Position numbers and translations under genes: made by a program. The notes beneath the pieces were generated by a model. The model made no database searches, was not told the origin of the DNA, and saw only the letters and a list, made by a program, of their open reading frames with translations. A DNA stretch of 64,000 nt from an uncultured Gemmatimonadales bacterium (lineage in GTDB: Bacteria; Gemmatimonadota; Gemmatimonadetes; Gemmatimonadales; GWC2-71-9). Shown here in pieces: positions 10,329-18,638 of the stretch. Position 1 is the stretch's first letter; the number at the start of each line of letters is the position of its first letter. The stretch lies in assembly GCA_963795085.1 (NCBI GenBank), contig CAWCFX010000002.1:1-64000 (forward strand). The letters run 5' to 3'.

Positions 10329-10702
10329 GCGCACCGCACTGGCGTAGCTGCATCCGATCGACGATCCTGAGCCGTGAGCTCCGCCAGATCGACTGTCAGC
10401 TGCCCTTCCACCAGGTCGAAATGCGCACCTGACCGCTCGTCGGCGCAGACGTGGATCAGACGAGCTCGTGACAGCACCTGCGTACCGATGCGATCCAGGC
10501 CAGCATCGGCGACCACTGAAGTCGGCGACGTGTCCTTCGGATAGCTCAACAGGTGCACGCCAGCTCGCTACGAATCGGCTAGCGGACCTCTGCCAGACCG
10601 CACTCAGATCGAGCATGACGCAGGACCTGGTGCGCATCGGATCAGGCTGCGGCACCAGCTCGAAGCCGAGTCAGGATCATGGCCATCGATGCCATGGCGG
10701 CT

Positions 10703-10799
10703 GCCTAACGGTTTGCGCTTGAGCGGCAACCGCGCTCAGCATATGGTGGCGTCCATCGGGTAGCTGGGCGCGGTTGACCGCTCCAAGCGCGTGTTAGAC
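10703..10799 (-). repeat. attC site 20
   Basis: Copy of the array repeat. Confidence 0.93.
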
Positions 10800-11286
10800 G
10801 CCCACCCTTGGTGGAGCTGCCCCGGCATCCGATCACCTGGATGTGGGGGGCCTGCCTAGAACCTGCAGCGCTAACCCGGAACGTCAAGAGCCCAGGCGGA
10901 GCAGGGGAGGGCACGGGCCAGCCAAGCCCGGTGCTTTCGGTTCCTGGTGACAGGACGGCCTCCACGGCTTCGGACTGCACAAGTGGCGGCCTTCCTTGGC
11001 AGAGCGGAGCCGGAGCTCGCCTCGAATACCCTTTGGACCGCCGTCGGGACCTGCCCGAAGCAAATGGAAGACCTCCTTGGCCAGCGGAGCGGAGCTGGCC
11101 GAGGAACCGGCGTTGACCCCGGCGGGATCCGCCCGGCGCAATGAAGGACTTCCTTAACGAAGCGAGGCCTGAACCTGGTGGCGAGTACCCGGTGACCTGT
11201 CTGCGGGAAGTGCCAGGAGAGTGCGTCGAATCCTCGACTGGACTAACCCGGGTGCAGTCAGAAAAGATGTACGATCGTCGGTGGGC
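10800..11286 (-). other. Gene-less cassette family A (cassette 21)
   Basis: Close to cassette 6, with a few substitutions and shortened homopolymers. Confidence 0.8.
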
Positions 11287-11384
11287 GGCTAACGGTTTGC
11301 GCTTGAGCGGCAATCCGCGCTCAGCATATGGTGGCGTCCATCGGGTAGCTGGGCGCGGTTGACCGCTCCAAGCGCGTGTTAGGC
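11287..11384 (-). repeat. attC site 21
   Basis: Copy of the array repeat. Confidence 0.93.
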
Positions 11385-11855
11385 AGCACGTACGCTAATC
11401 GATCGCGTCGAGCTATCGCACTGGCTCTGCGGCATCAGCTTGGACTTCCCTCCGAATCGATGCGCCAAGTCCTGGCGACGGCACAGCGATACTCGGATCG
11501 AGCGGCCGGTCGCATGATCGCATGTCAGACGGCATGCTCGACGAGCCGACACTGGCCCACCACAGTGACGTGGCCGCAGTCGAGCGAGCTGGCATAAGCG
11601 CCGACACTTCAGTGGACCTGGAAGCCGGCACGCGCCGAGCGACAAACGAAGACGTCCTTAGCGAGCATGCCGGACGTGTTGGAGACGTCGCTGACGGCCA
11701 TGGGCTCACTCAGCGCAATGAGCGACTTCCATTGCTCAGGAGCCGAAGCTGGCAGTGCGACGTGTTCCAGCACGACGGGGCACTGGCAGATGCAGCTGCT
11801 GGAGGCACGGAATGGACCAATCGGTGTCCACTCAATTCATCGGAGCGCTGGTGCT

Positions 11856-11923
11856 GCCTAACTCCTATTTACCTGTATCCAGCAGATAATGACCTGCCTC
11901 TAGTATGACGTCTAACTCCCATT
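11856..11923 (-). other. Putative attI site
   Basis: Last GTTAGGC core (minus strand), not embedded in an attC; marks the start of the array; carries a direct repeat CTAACTCC(T/C)ATT. Confidence 0.7.
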
Positions 11924-12187
11924 CCGCTAGACCCCCCCACCTCCCACACAGCACAGGGCTCCCTGCAGGTTGACCGCATCCAATGCAGGGATGCGTGCCG
12001 TTGGACTGCACTGGAAATGGACTGCGCCGGACCGAAAGGGGACCCCCCGGGCCACCCTGTCCGACCCTCCCTTCCTGAAACTCGCGGTGGACTGGAGCGT
12101 CTCCTGGCCAGGGTCAGGTCGAGCCCCCGAGACACAGGCTGGCGTCAGTGACCCGCCACAGGTGGCAAGGATGCGGCGTCGGGATGC

Positions 12188-12610
12188 TCAGGGCCCCGAG
12201 CCGGTGGGGATGATGCCGGCCGTCTCCACCATCAGGATCACCGCCCGCTCCGGCGCGCGGGTACGGTGCCGCACTCCCCTGGGCACGACAAACCCCTCGT
12301 GCGGGCCCAGCCGGACGACTCGGCCCGGGGTCACCCCGTCGGCGAGTGGCTCCAGGTCAATAAGGAACTGCCCGGCGAGGACGAAGAAGAACTCGTCGTC
12401 GTCCGTATGCTCGTGCCAGTGGTACTCGCCCTGCATCACGCCCAGCCGGACGACGGCATCGTTCACCCGGACCAGCGTCTGGTTGTACCAGGCGTCCCGC
12501 ACCGCACCAACCAGGGGGTCGAGGGCGAAGTGCTCGAGCGCGCCGAACTTCACGTCGAGGTAGGTGGCGTAAGGGAACGCCGGCTGGGGTTGCGCGTCAG
12601 GGGTTGTCAT
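12188..12610 (-). CDS. Cupin domain protein
   Basis: Cupin motifs GEYHWHEH..DEFF.V..G and VVPRGVRHR. Confidence 0.85.
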   Translation of the reverse strand: MTTPDAQPQPAFPYATYLDVKFGALEHFALDPLVGAVRDAWYNQTLVRVNDAVVRLGVMQGEYHWHEHTDDDEFFFVLAGQFLIDLEPLADGVTPGRVVRLGPHEGFVVPRGVRHRTRAPERAVILMVETAGIIPTGSGP

Positions 12611-12619
12611 GTACCCTCC

Positions 12620-13978
12620 TCAGATGGAGCGGGCGATCCGCAGTATGGCGGCAATGGAGCGGTCCACGTCATCGTCGGTCGTAGCCCAGGAGATGACGCT
12701 CACCCGCATCGCGGTGGTGCCCTTCCACACCGTGGGCCCGCACCAGCAGGTCCCGTCGGCCTGGATGGCCGCGACCACCGCCCGCGTGCGGGCATCGTCG
12801 CCGAAGCTGACCAGGACCTGGTTCAGGACCACGTCATTGAGGACCGGGAACCCCGCGGCCGTAAACCCGTCGGCGAAACGCCGCGCCTGGCGACAGTGGC
12901 GCTCGACCATGTCGGCGAGGCCGGAGCGGCCGAGGCTGCGAAGCGCCGCCCAGGCATCCACGCCGCGGGGGCGGCGCGACGCCTCGGGCGTCACGTCGGA
13001 GCCGTGGCCCTCGCCGGCCGGGAGGTAGTCGGCGCGAAGGGTCATCGTCCGCTGGAGCGCAGCGGCGTCCCGCACGATCGCAATGCCGCAATCAAAGGGC
13101 GTGTTGAGCCACTTGTGGGCGTCGGTCGCCCAGGAGTCGGCCAGCTCGACGCCGTCCACCAGGTGGGCGCGCGCCGGCGCCACCCGGGCCCAGATGCCGA
13201 AGGCGCCATCCACGTGCAGCCATACCGGTGCGCCCGATGCGCGCGCGTGGGCGAAAATGTCGGGGAATGGATCGAAGGACCCGCTGTTCACGTCGCCGGC
13301 CTGGGCGCACAGGATCGTCGGGCCGCTGATGCGGGGAAGCGCATCAGCCCGCATGCGACCCTGCGCGTCGGACGGCACGGTCACGACGCGCTTCCGGCCA
13401 AGGCCGATAATGTGCAGTGCCTTGAAAAGAGTGGAGTGGCCTTCTTCACCGACGATCACGGTGATCGGCGGTGCGCCAAAGAGCCCCTGCTCGGCGACGC
13501 TCCAGCCCACCCGCGCGAGCAGCCCATCGCGCGCCGCGGCGAGGCACGTGGCATCGCCGACAGTGGTGCCGGTGACGAACCCCACCGCCGCGTCATGGGG
13601 GAGCCCGAGAAGATCGAGCACCCAGCGGCGCGCGACGCGCTCGAGGAAATGGCTCCCCGGCGACATCTCGCGGAAGGCGCCGTTCTGTCCCCACGCCGCG
13701 GTGAGGCAGTGGGCCGCGAGCGCCGCGGGAAGTGCGCCGCTGTTGACGAAGCCGAAGTAGCGCGGCCCCGCGACCGCCGTGGCGGCCGGCGCGCCCCAGC
13801 GGTCCAGCTCCGCGACGACATCCGCGGCGGAAAGCGGCTCGTCCTGGAGCGGGACGTCGAGGTTGGCCAGGCCGGCGATCGCGTCATCCGCCGGAAAGAC
13901 GCGGCGCTCGGCGACGCCCTCGAGGAAGCGTCGCGAACGGGCGGCCACATCATCGAGCAGATCCCCGCGCGGGCTCAT
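12620..13978 (-). CDS. PLP-dependent (group II) amino-acid decarboxylase
   Basis: PRYFGFV, WLHVDGAFG and DSWATDAHKWLN (PLP lysine). Confidence 0.9.
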   Translation of the reverse strand: MSPRGDLLDDVAARSRRFLEGVAERRVFPADDAIAGLANLDVPLQDEPLSAADVVAELDRWGAPAATAVAGPRYFGFVNSGALPAALAAHCLTAAWGQNGAFREMSPGSHFLERVARRWVLDLLGLPHDAAVGFVTGTTVGDATCLAAARDGLLARVGWSVAEQGLFGAPPITVIVGEEGHSTLFKALHIIGLGRKRVVTVPSDAQGRMRADALPRISGPTILCAQAGDVNSGSFDPFPDIFAHARASGAPVWLHVDGAFGIWARVAPARAHLVDGVELADSWATDAHKWLNTPFDCGIAIVRDAAALQRTMTLRADYLPAGEGHGSDVTPEASRRPRGVDAWAALRSLGRSGLADMVERHCRQARRFADGFTAAGFPVLNDVVLNQVLVSFGDDARTRAVVAAIQADGTCWCGPTVWKGTTAMRVSVISWATTDDDVDRSIAAILRIARSI

Positions 13979-14016
13979 CTTGACCCCCGCGCGCGAGGCG
14001 AACAAGTTACCCGCCC

Positions 14017-14853
14017 ATGAACACTACGGAATACGTCGAAATGCGGGTGCTGCCGTGGGCCCGCCCGGTGGACGTGCTCCGGGCCCGCTACACGACGTTC
14101 GAGTTTCCGACCCACGCCCACGCCGAGTTCACGATCGGCGAGGTGCTCCAGGGGAGCGAACGGTTCGCCCACCAGGGAAGGGAGGTGGAGGCGGCAACGG
14201 GCTGGTTCATTCATATCAATCCCATGGAAGCGCATGATGGGCGGGCGGCGGATGGGTCGTGGACCTATGTCTCGCTGTATCCGGGCGTGGAGTTCCTGCG
14301 GGCGATGCTTCCCGAGCTGTGTGCGCACGGGGATCCCCGGTTCGACGCGCCGATCTCGTATCGTCCCCCATTGCAGGGACGCATCGCGTCGTTCGTCAGG
14401 CGAGCCTTTGCCGGCGCGGACGACCTCGAGTTGCAGTCGGACCTGGTGGACATCCTCGGCGCGCTGATCCCGCCCTCCTTTCCGCGCAACGCGACTCGCG
14501 GTCCCGACGCGGGTAGCCATGCGGGTGCCATCGCCCGGGTGCGCGACCGGCTGGCCGGAGAGTGGAATCGGAACCTGACCCTGGCCGAGTTGGCCGGCGC
14601 GGAGTCGATCACCCCGCTCGCGCTGCTGCGGTCGTTCCGCGAGGAGGTGGGATGCACCCCGCAGATCTACCGCACCGCGCATCGTCTCGCGGCCGCGAAG
14701 CAACTCATGCGCGCTGGCGGCGAGCTGGCCGCCGTGGCGATGCAGTGCGGGTTCACGGATCAGAGCCACTTCACCAACACCCTCCGCAGGTGGACCGGGA
14801 TGACGCCGGGACAGTACCGGGCCATCGCCCGTTCGTCCAGCCGTATGGCGTAA
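14017..14853 (+). CDS. AraC family transcriptional regulator
   Basis: N-terminal HxH cupin-like domain; C-terminal GFTDQSHFT...GMTPGQY; divergent from the decarboxylase. Confidence 0.9.
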   Translation: MNTTEYVEMRVLPWARPVDVLRARYTTFEFPTHAHAEFTIGEVLQGSERFAHQGREVEAATGWFIHINPMEAHDGRAADGSWTYVSLYPGVEFLRAMLPELCAHGDPRFDAPISYRPPLQGRIASFVRRAFAGADDLELQSDLVDILGALIPPSFPRNATRGPDAGSHAGAIARVRDRLAGEWNRNLTLAELAGAESITPLALLRSFREEVGCTPQIYRTAHRLAAAKQLMRAGGELAAVAMQCGFTDQSHFTNTLRRWTGMTPGQYRAIARSSSRMA

Positions 14854-15533
14854 GAATATTCCCCCTGGGGGCGGCTGTCTTGCAAGATCTTTCCAACGGA
14901 TACATCGGTGTGGTCAACCGGGAGGCATAGCATTGCGCCTATCCCCGGGCAAGGACAATGCGCCCCAGTTGGAGGACGCCGGGGGTGGGCTTGGAACACA
15001 GGTGAAGTCGGGTGGATCGTCCCGGCACTGAGGTGGAAGAAGCCGGCAAGAGGGTTGGGCCCACGGAACTGCAGGGTGGCTGGGGCAGACAGGAGGGTTG
15101 GCCCGCCGGGCAGCCGGGTGGAAACCCGCCGAGGGCAGGCTCGACCCGCACGGCAGGGAGGGGGGAGTCCCAGTACAAGAGGGTTGGAGCCCTCGGCCGA
15201 AAGGTCGAAGCCCCCGGATAACCAGGTTGAACCAGCCGGCAGGCCGCTCCAACCGGCCGCCAACCGGGTTGAAGGGGGCGGACAGGCCCCTTGGATCACC
15301 CGGAAATTGGGTTGGACCCCCCGTCCAATCACCTTGGACCCCGATTGAGGACAGCTTGGAACGCCCGTACAGCCGGCTTGGGAGGGGGCGAAACAAGGGT
15401 AAGAATTCCCGCACCCAGGGTGGATGGCTGGGGAAAACAGGGTTGGGCTGGGCCGACAGGGAGGTTTTTCCGGGGTGAGACGGTGGTGGATAGACAGAGG
15501 GGAAGGTGACAATGGGCCAGTTCACGACCCCAG

Positions 15534-16511
15534 TCAGGGAAGCCGAAGCAGGTCCGCCGGGCTCCGCACCCCGAATGCCCCCCGGTTAAGAACGTGGGTG
15601 TAGATCATGGTGGTCCTCAAGTCCCGGTGCCCCAGCAGTTCCTGCACGGTCCGGATGTCGTAGTGGTCCTCCAGCAGGTGGGTGGCAAAGGAGTGCCGGA
15701 AGGTATGACAGCTCGCCGGCTTGGTGAGCCCCGCCCGGCGCACCGCGGCCTTGACCGCCCGCTGGACCGCGGTCGGGTGGAGCGGCATCCGGAGGAGCCT
15801 GCCCGACTTGCCCCGCCTGACCCGGCGGGCCGGGAACAGCCACTGCCACCCCAGGTCGGTCGGCGCGGACGGAAACTTGACGTCCAGCGCGTCGGGCAGC
15901 GGGACCTCGATCCCCCGCTCGGCGTCCGCGGCGCGCTGCCGCTCGAGGAGATGAATGGCCTCCCGCAGCGCCCCGCGCACCCCGTCCGGCAGGACGGTGA
16001 TACGGTCCTTGTCCCCCTTGCCACGGCGCACCACGATCTCGTTCCGCTCGAGGTCCACGTCCTTGACCCGGAGCCTGAGCGCCTCGTTGAGACGAAGCCC
16101 GCTGCCGTAGAGCAATAGAGCGATCAGCCGCATGCGGCCATTCATCTCCCCGATAACGGCCTTGACCTCCAGCGGAGTCAGCACGACCGGCCGCCGCCGC
16201 TCCCCCTGGTGTGCCCGGATCCGGAGGATGATCCGGCCGAGCGGTCGCTTCAAGACCTCGTTGAAGAGGAACTGGAGCGCGCTCAGTGCCTGGTTCTGGG
16301 TCGCGCCGCCCACCCGGCGCTCCGAGACCAGGTGGGTGATAAAGGCATGCACCTGGGCCTCCCCCAGGGTGGCCAGGTCGGCGCCGTGATGGAAAAGGAG
16401 GAACCGACGCACCCACGCCAGGTAGGCCCGCTCCGTCCGCCGGCTGTACCGACGGATCCGGAAGACCTGCCGCATGCGCCGGAGGACGGGATCGAAAGGC
16501 TCGGCTGACAT
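15534..16511 (-). CDS. intI: Integron integrase (tyrosine recombinase)
   Basis: YS.RTE.AY..W, TQNQALSAL.FL, LLYGSGLR, GKGDKDR, IntI-specific insert LPDAL..K.P.A..D.GWQWLFP, HTFRHSFATHLL, QELLGH and TTMIYTHV. Confidence 0.95.
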   Translation of the reverse strand: MSAEPFDPVLRRMRQVFRIRRYSRRTERAYLAWVRRFLLFHHGADLATLGEAQVHAFITHLVSERRVGGATQNQALSALQFLFNEVLKRPLGRIILRIRAHQGERRRPVVLTPLEVKAVIGEMNGRMRLIALLLYGSGLRLNEALRLRVKDVDLERNEIVVRRGKGDKDRITVLPDGVRGALREAIHLLERQRAADAERGIEVPLPDALDVKFPSAPTDLGWQWLFPARRVRRGKSGRLLRMPLHPTAVQRAVKAAVRRAGLTKPASCHTFRHSFATHLLEDHYDIRTVQELLGHRDLRTTMIYTHVLNRGAFGVRSPADLLRLP

Positions 16512-16599
16512 CGAGCCCAAGGTAGGCGGAACAGGGAGAACCCGATAACCGGAATGACGCGAGACTCAGCAAAACGCCGCGGCTCGCGGACCAGGCTGG

Positions 16600-17190
16600 T
16601 TATTCGGGGAGCGCGCCCAGGGTCGCCGGACTGGCTCCGGCGACCGACTCGTCGAGCTGGGAGACCATCGCGTCATGACACCTCGGGCAGATGCCATGGG
16701 TGATCCCGGGCATGACCTGCACGCCGAAGAGGCCCAACTCCGAGATGGCATTCTCGACCTCCACCCAGGTTTCCTCCTGCACCCGGATCCGGTTGCACCA
16801 GCCGCACATGGTGAGGTATCTCCCGGAGCGTGGCCGGGCCGGCTCGAGCAGTTCCACCGCCGGCCGGGGAACCTCCTTCACCCCCGCGACATCGAACCGG
16901 ACGACTCCATCCGGTTCCCCCGCGATCTCCATGGCGAGCAGCCGCCGACACGCGGGGGCGTCGCACCGGAATTGAAAGCGAACGGCGGGACCGCCTCCCC
17001 GCACCCGCCGGACCATGGACTGGTAGAGACTGACGGTGGGGAGATCGGCCAGGAAACTCCACAGCTGCCGGCCGAGGATGCCGGACACGTCGATCCCCCA
17101 GCCGCCATTCCGCTCCGCGAATGACGACCAGCCTTCGTTCACTTCCGCAATGCGGTCCTCGTGATCGATCCGGTACCGTACCAGTCCCAT
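16600..17190 (-). CDS. PAS-like domain protein with C-terminal CxxC...HGICxxC motif
   Basis: RIAEVNEGW..FA..NG...ILGRQLW PAS-like start; MCGWC and THGICPRC. Confidence 0.65.
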   Translation of the reverse strand: MGLVRYRIDHEDRIAEVNEGWSSFAERNGGWGIDVSGILGRQLWSFLADLPTVSLYQSMVRRVRGGGPAVRFQFRCDAPACRRLLAMEIAGEPDGVVRFDVAGVKEVPRPAVELLEPARPRSGRYLTMCGWCNRIRVQEETWVEVENAISELGLFGVQVMPGITHGICPRCHDAMVSQLDESVAGASPATLGALPE

Positions 17191-17211
17191 AGTTGCCCCC
17201 GTCAATATCCG

Positions 17212-17677
17212 TCAGATCCAGCGGCGCACCCGGTCGCGGTAGCGCCGGTACTCCTCGCCGAAGAGCCGCTCGAGATAAGCCTCTTCGCGTCCGATGACCG
17301 CAACGGTCATGATGACGAGCACCAGGGGCAGAACCCCCAGCGGCCACCAGGTGTTCCACCAGGCGGTGACGCCGAGATAGATCAGGGTCATCCCCACATA
17401 CATCGGGTTCCGCGTGTACCGATAGATGCCCCCGGTCACCAGTGCCCTGGATGGCCGCCACGGCTCCGGCGGGGTGCCGGCCCGGCGAAACTGGATCAGC
17501 GCCACGACCCCCACCATCCCGACCGCGACCAGGATCATTCCCACCGGTCGGGCCGCGCCCGCCGGCAAGCCAGGCTCCCGGCCACTGCCGCTCGAGCAGC
17601 CAGCCCACCAGCAGGCCGGCCACGAAGATAAGCGGGGGCGGTACCCGCACCCCTGCATGGTCACGACGGGGGCTCAA
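17212..17677 (-). CDS. Isoprenylcysteine carboxylmethyltransferase family protein (frameshift near 17560)
   Basis: LVTGGIYRYTRNPMY and EEAYLERLFGEEY..Y...VRRW. The N-terminus (DHAGVRVPPPLIF) lies in another frame. Confidence 0.8.
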
Positions 17678-18147
17678 CTGGGATCGTCCTCCTGCGCCAG
17701 CTCTTCCGCCACATCGGTCCCGACCGTCGCGCCCCACCGCTCCCCCGCCTGCATGGACGCCTGCACCAGCCCCGGCTGCGCATCGAGAAGCCGGATGCCC
17801 AGCGGCGAACGATAGAAGGCCAGCAGGCCGTTGAGGTCATCCATCGTGAAGGCCTGGTCATAGGCCGGCACCAGCACGTCCAGCAACTCCCCCGACCGTT
17901 CCCGGGCCCGGAGCAGGAACCGGTCCCAGAACTCTGCGGGGACCTCCCTGTTGATCCCGCGCTGGTTCTCCACCGCACGCTCCATGACCGCCAGCGCCTG
18001 CTCGGCGACGCGGGTGACCTGGAGCAACTCACGGATCACCCGCACCTTGGCGGGATCCGGTTCTCCCTGGGCGGCCATCGGGGCCGGGAATAGGGTCGCG
18101 CTGAACAGCAGAACGAGCACACCCGCCAGCCGGTGACGCATGGACAC
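17674..18147 (-). CDS. DUF2059-like exported protein
   Basis: Signal peptide; Y...FT..DL..L.AFY.SP.G motif. Confidence 0.75.
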   Translation of the reverse strand: MSMRHRLAGVLVLLFSATLFPAPMAAQGEPDPAKVRVIRELLQVTRVAEQALAVMERAVENQRGINREVPAEFWDRFLLRARERSGELLDVLVPAYDQAFTMDDLNGLLAFYRSPLGIRLLDAQPGLVQASMQAGERWGATVGTDVAEELAQEDDPS

Positions 18148-18200
18148 CTCCCCTCTATCTTTGGAATCGTGAGCGTGAACGTTAACGAGCTACCGGTACT

Positions 18201-18638
18201 ATGACGATCCAGGACCGCAATGCAACCATCCGCTGCCCCCATTGCGGAACTCTCAACCGGGTGAACCTTGCCCGGGCGGGGGACCGGCCCCGGTGCGGTC
18301 AGTGCAAGACCCCCATGCTCCTCGACCGGCCCCTCAAGGCTACTGGCGCCGACCTGGATCGCACCCTCGCGTCGTCCCCGGTTCCCCTGTTGGTGGACTT
18401 CTACGCCGACTGGTGCGGGCCCTGTCACATGATCGCCCCGCTGCTGGACAAGATTGCCGCCGACCGGGCAGGAACCGCACTGGTTCTCAAGGTGGATACC
18501 GAAGCGAGCCCGGAACTGGCCCAGCGGTTCGCCATTCGGGGACTGCCGACGGTAGTTGCATTCCGCCAGGGAAAAGAGACCGGCCGCCAGGTCGGCGCCG
18601 CGGCGAGAGAGGCCTACGAGCGCCTACTCGGCGACTGA
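18201..18638 (+). CDS. trxC: Thioredoxin 2 (zinc-finger thioredoxin)
   Basis: CPHC...CGQC N-terminal zinc site and WCGPC. Confidence 0.9.
   Translation: MTIQDRNATIRCPHCGTLNRVNLARAGDRPRCGQCKTPMLLDRPLKATGADLDRTLASSPVPLLVDFYADWCGPCHMIAPLLDKIAADRAGTALVLKVDTEASPELAQRFAIRGLPTVVAFRQGKETGRQVGAAAREAYERLLGD

Larger units (their letters stand above)
1..11862 (-). mobile_element. Integron gene-cassette array: 21 attC sites, 22 cassettes, continues beyond the left edge
   Basis: 97-98 bp imperfect palindrome repeated 21 times, bounded by RYYTAAC/GTTARRY-type cores and separated by 270-560 bp bodies. Cassette ORFs lie on the minus strand. An IntI gene lies at 15534-16511. Confidence 0.95.

Noticed and set aside
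367..11384. CRISPR array
   Set aside because: Repeats are 97-98 bp with 270-560 bp spacers and attC architecture; no cas genes; intI is nearby
1681..11908. Many short ORFs in the array (e.g. MLDAHPCWNC, MLSADQPVPG, MPLKRKPL)
   Set aside because: They start in or cross attC sites, frames are not kept between diverged copies, and composition is P/R/G/A-rich shadow type
12188..14853. Cupin, decarboxylase and AraC genes as integron cassettes
   Set aside because: No flanking attC sites, and they form a divergent regulator-operon arrangement
16512..16600. LexA box upstream of intI
   Set aside because: No match to CTGT-N8-ACAG, GAAC-N4-GTTC, GTTC-N7-GTTC or the TTCGG-N6-TTCGG candidate
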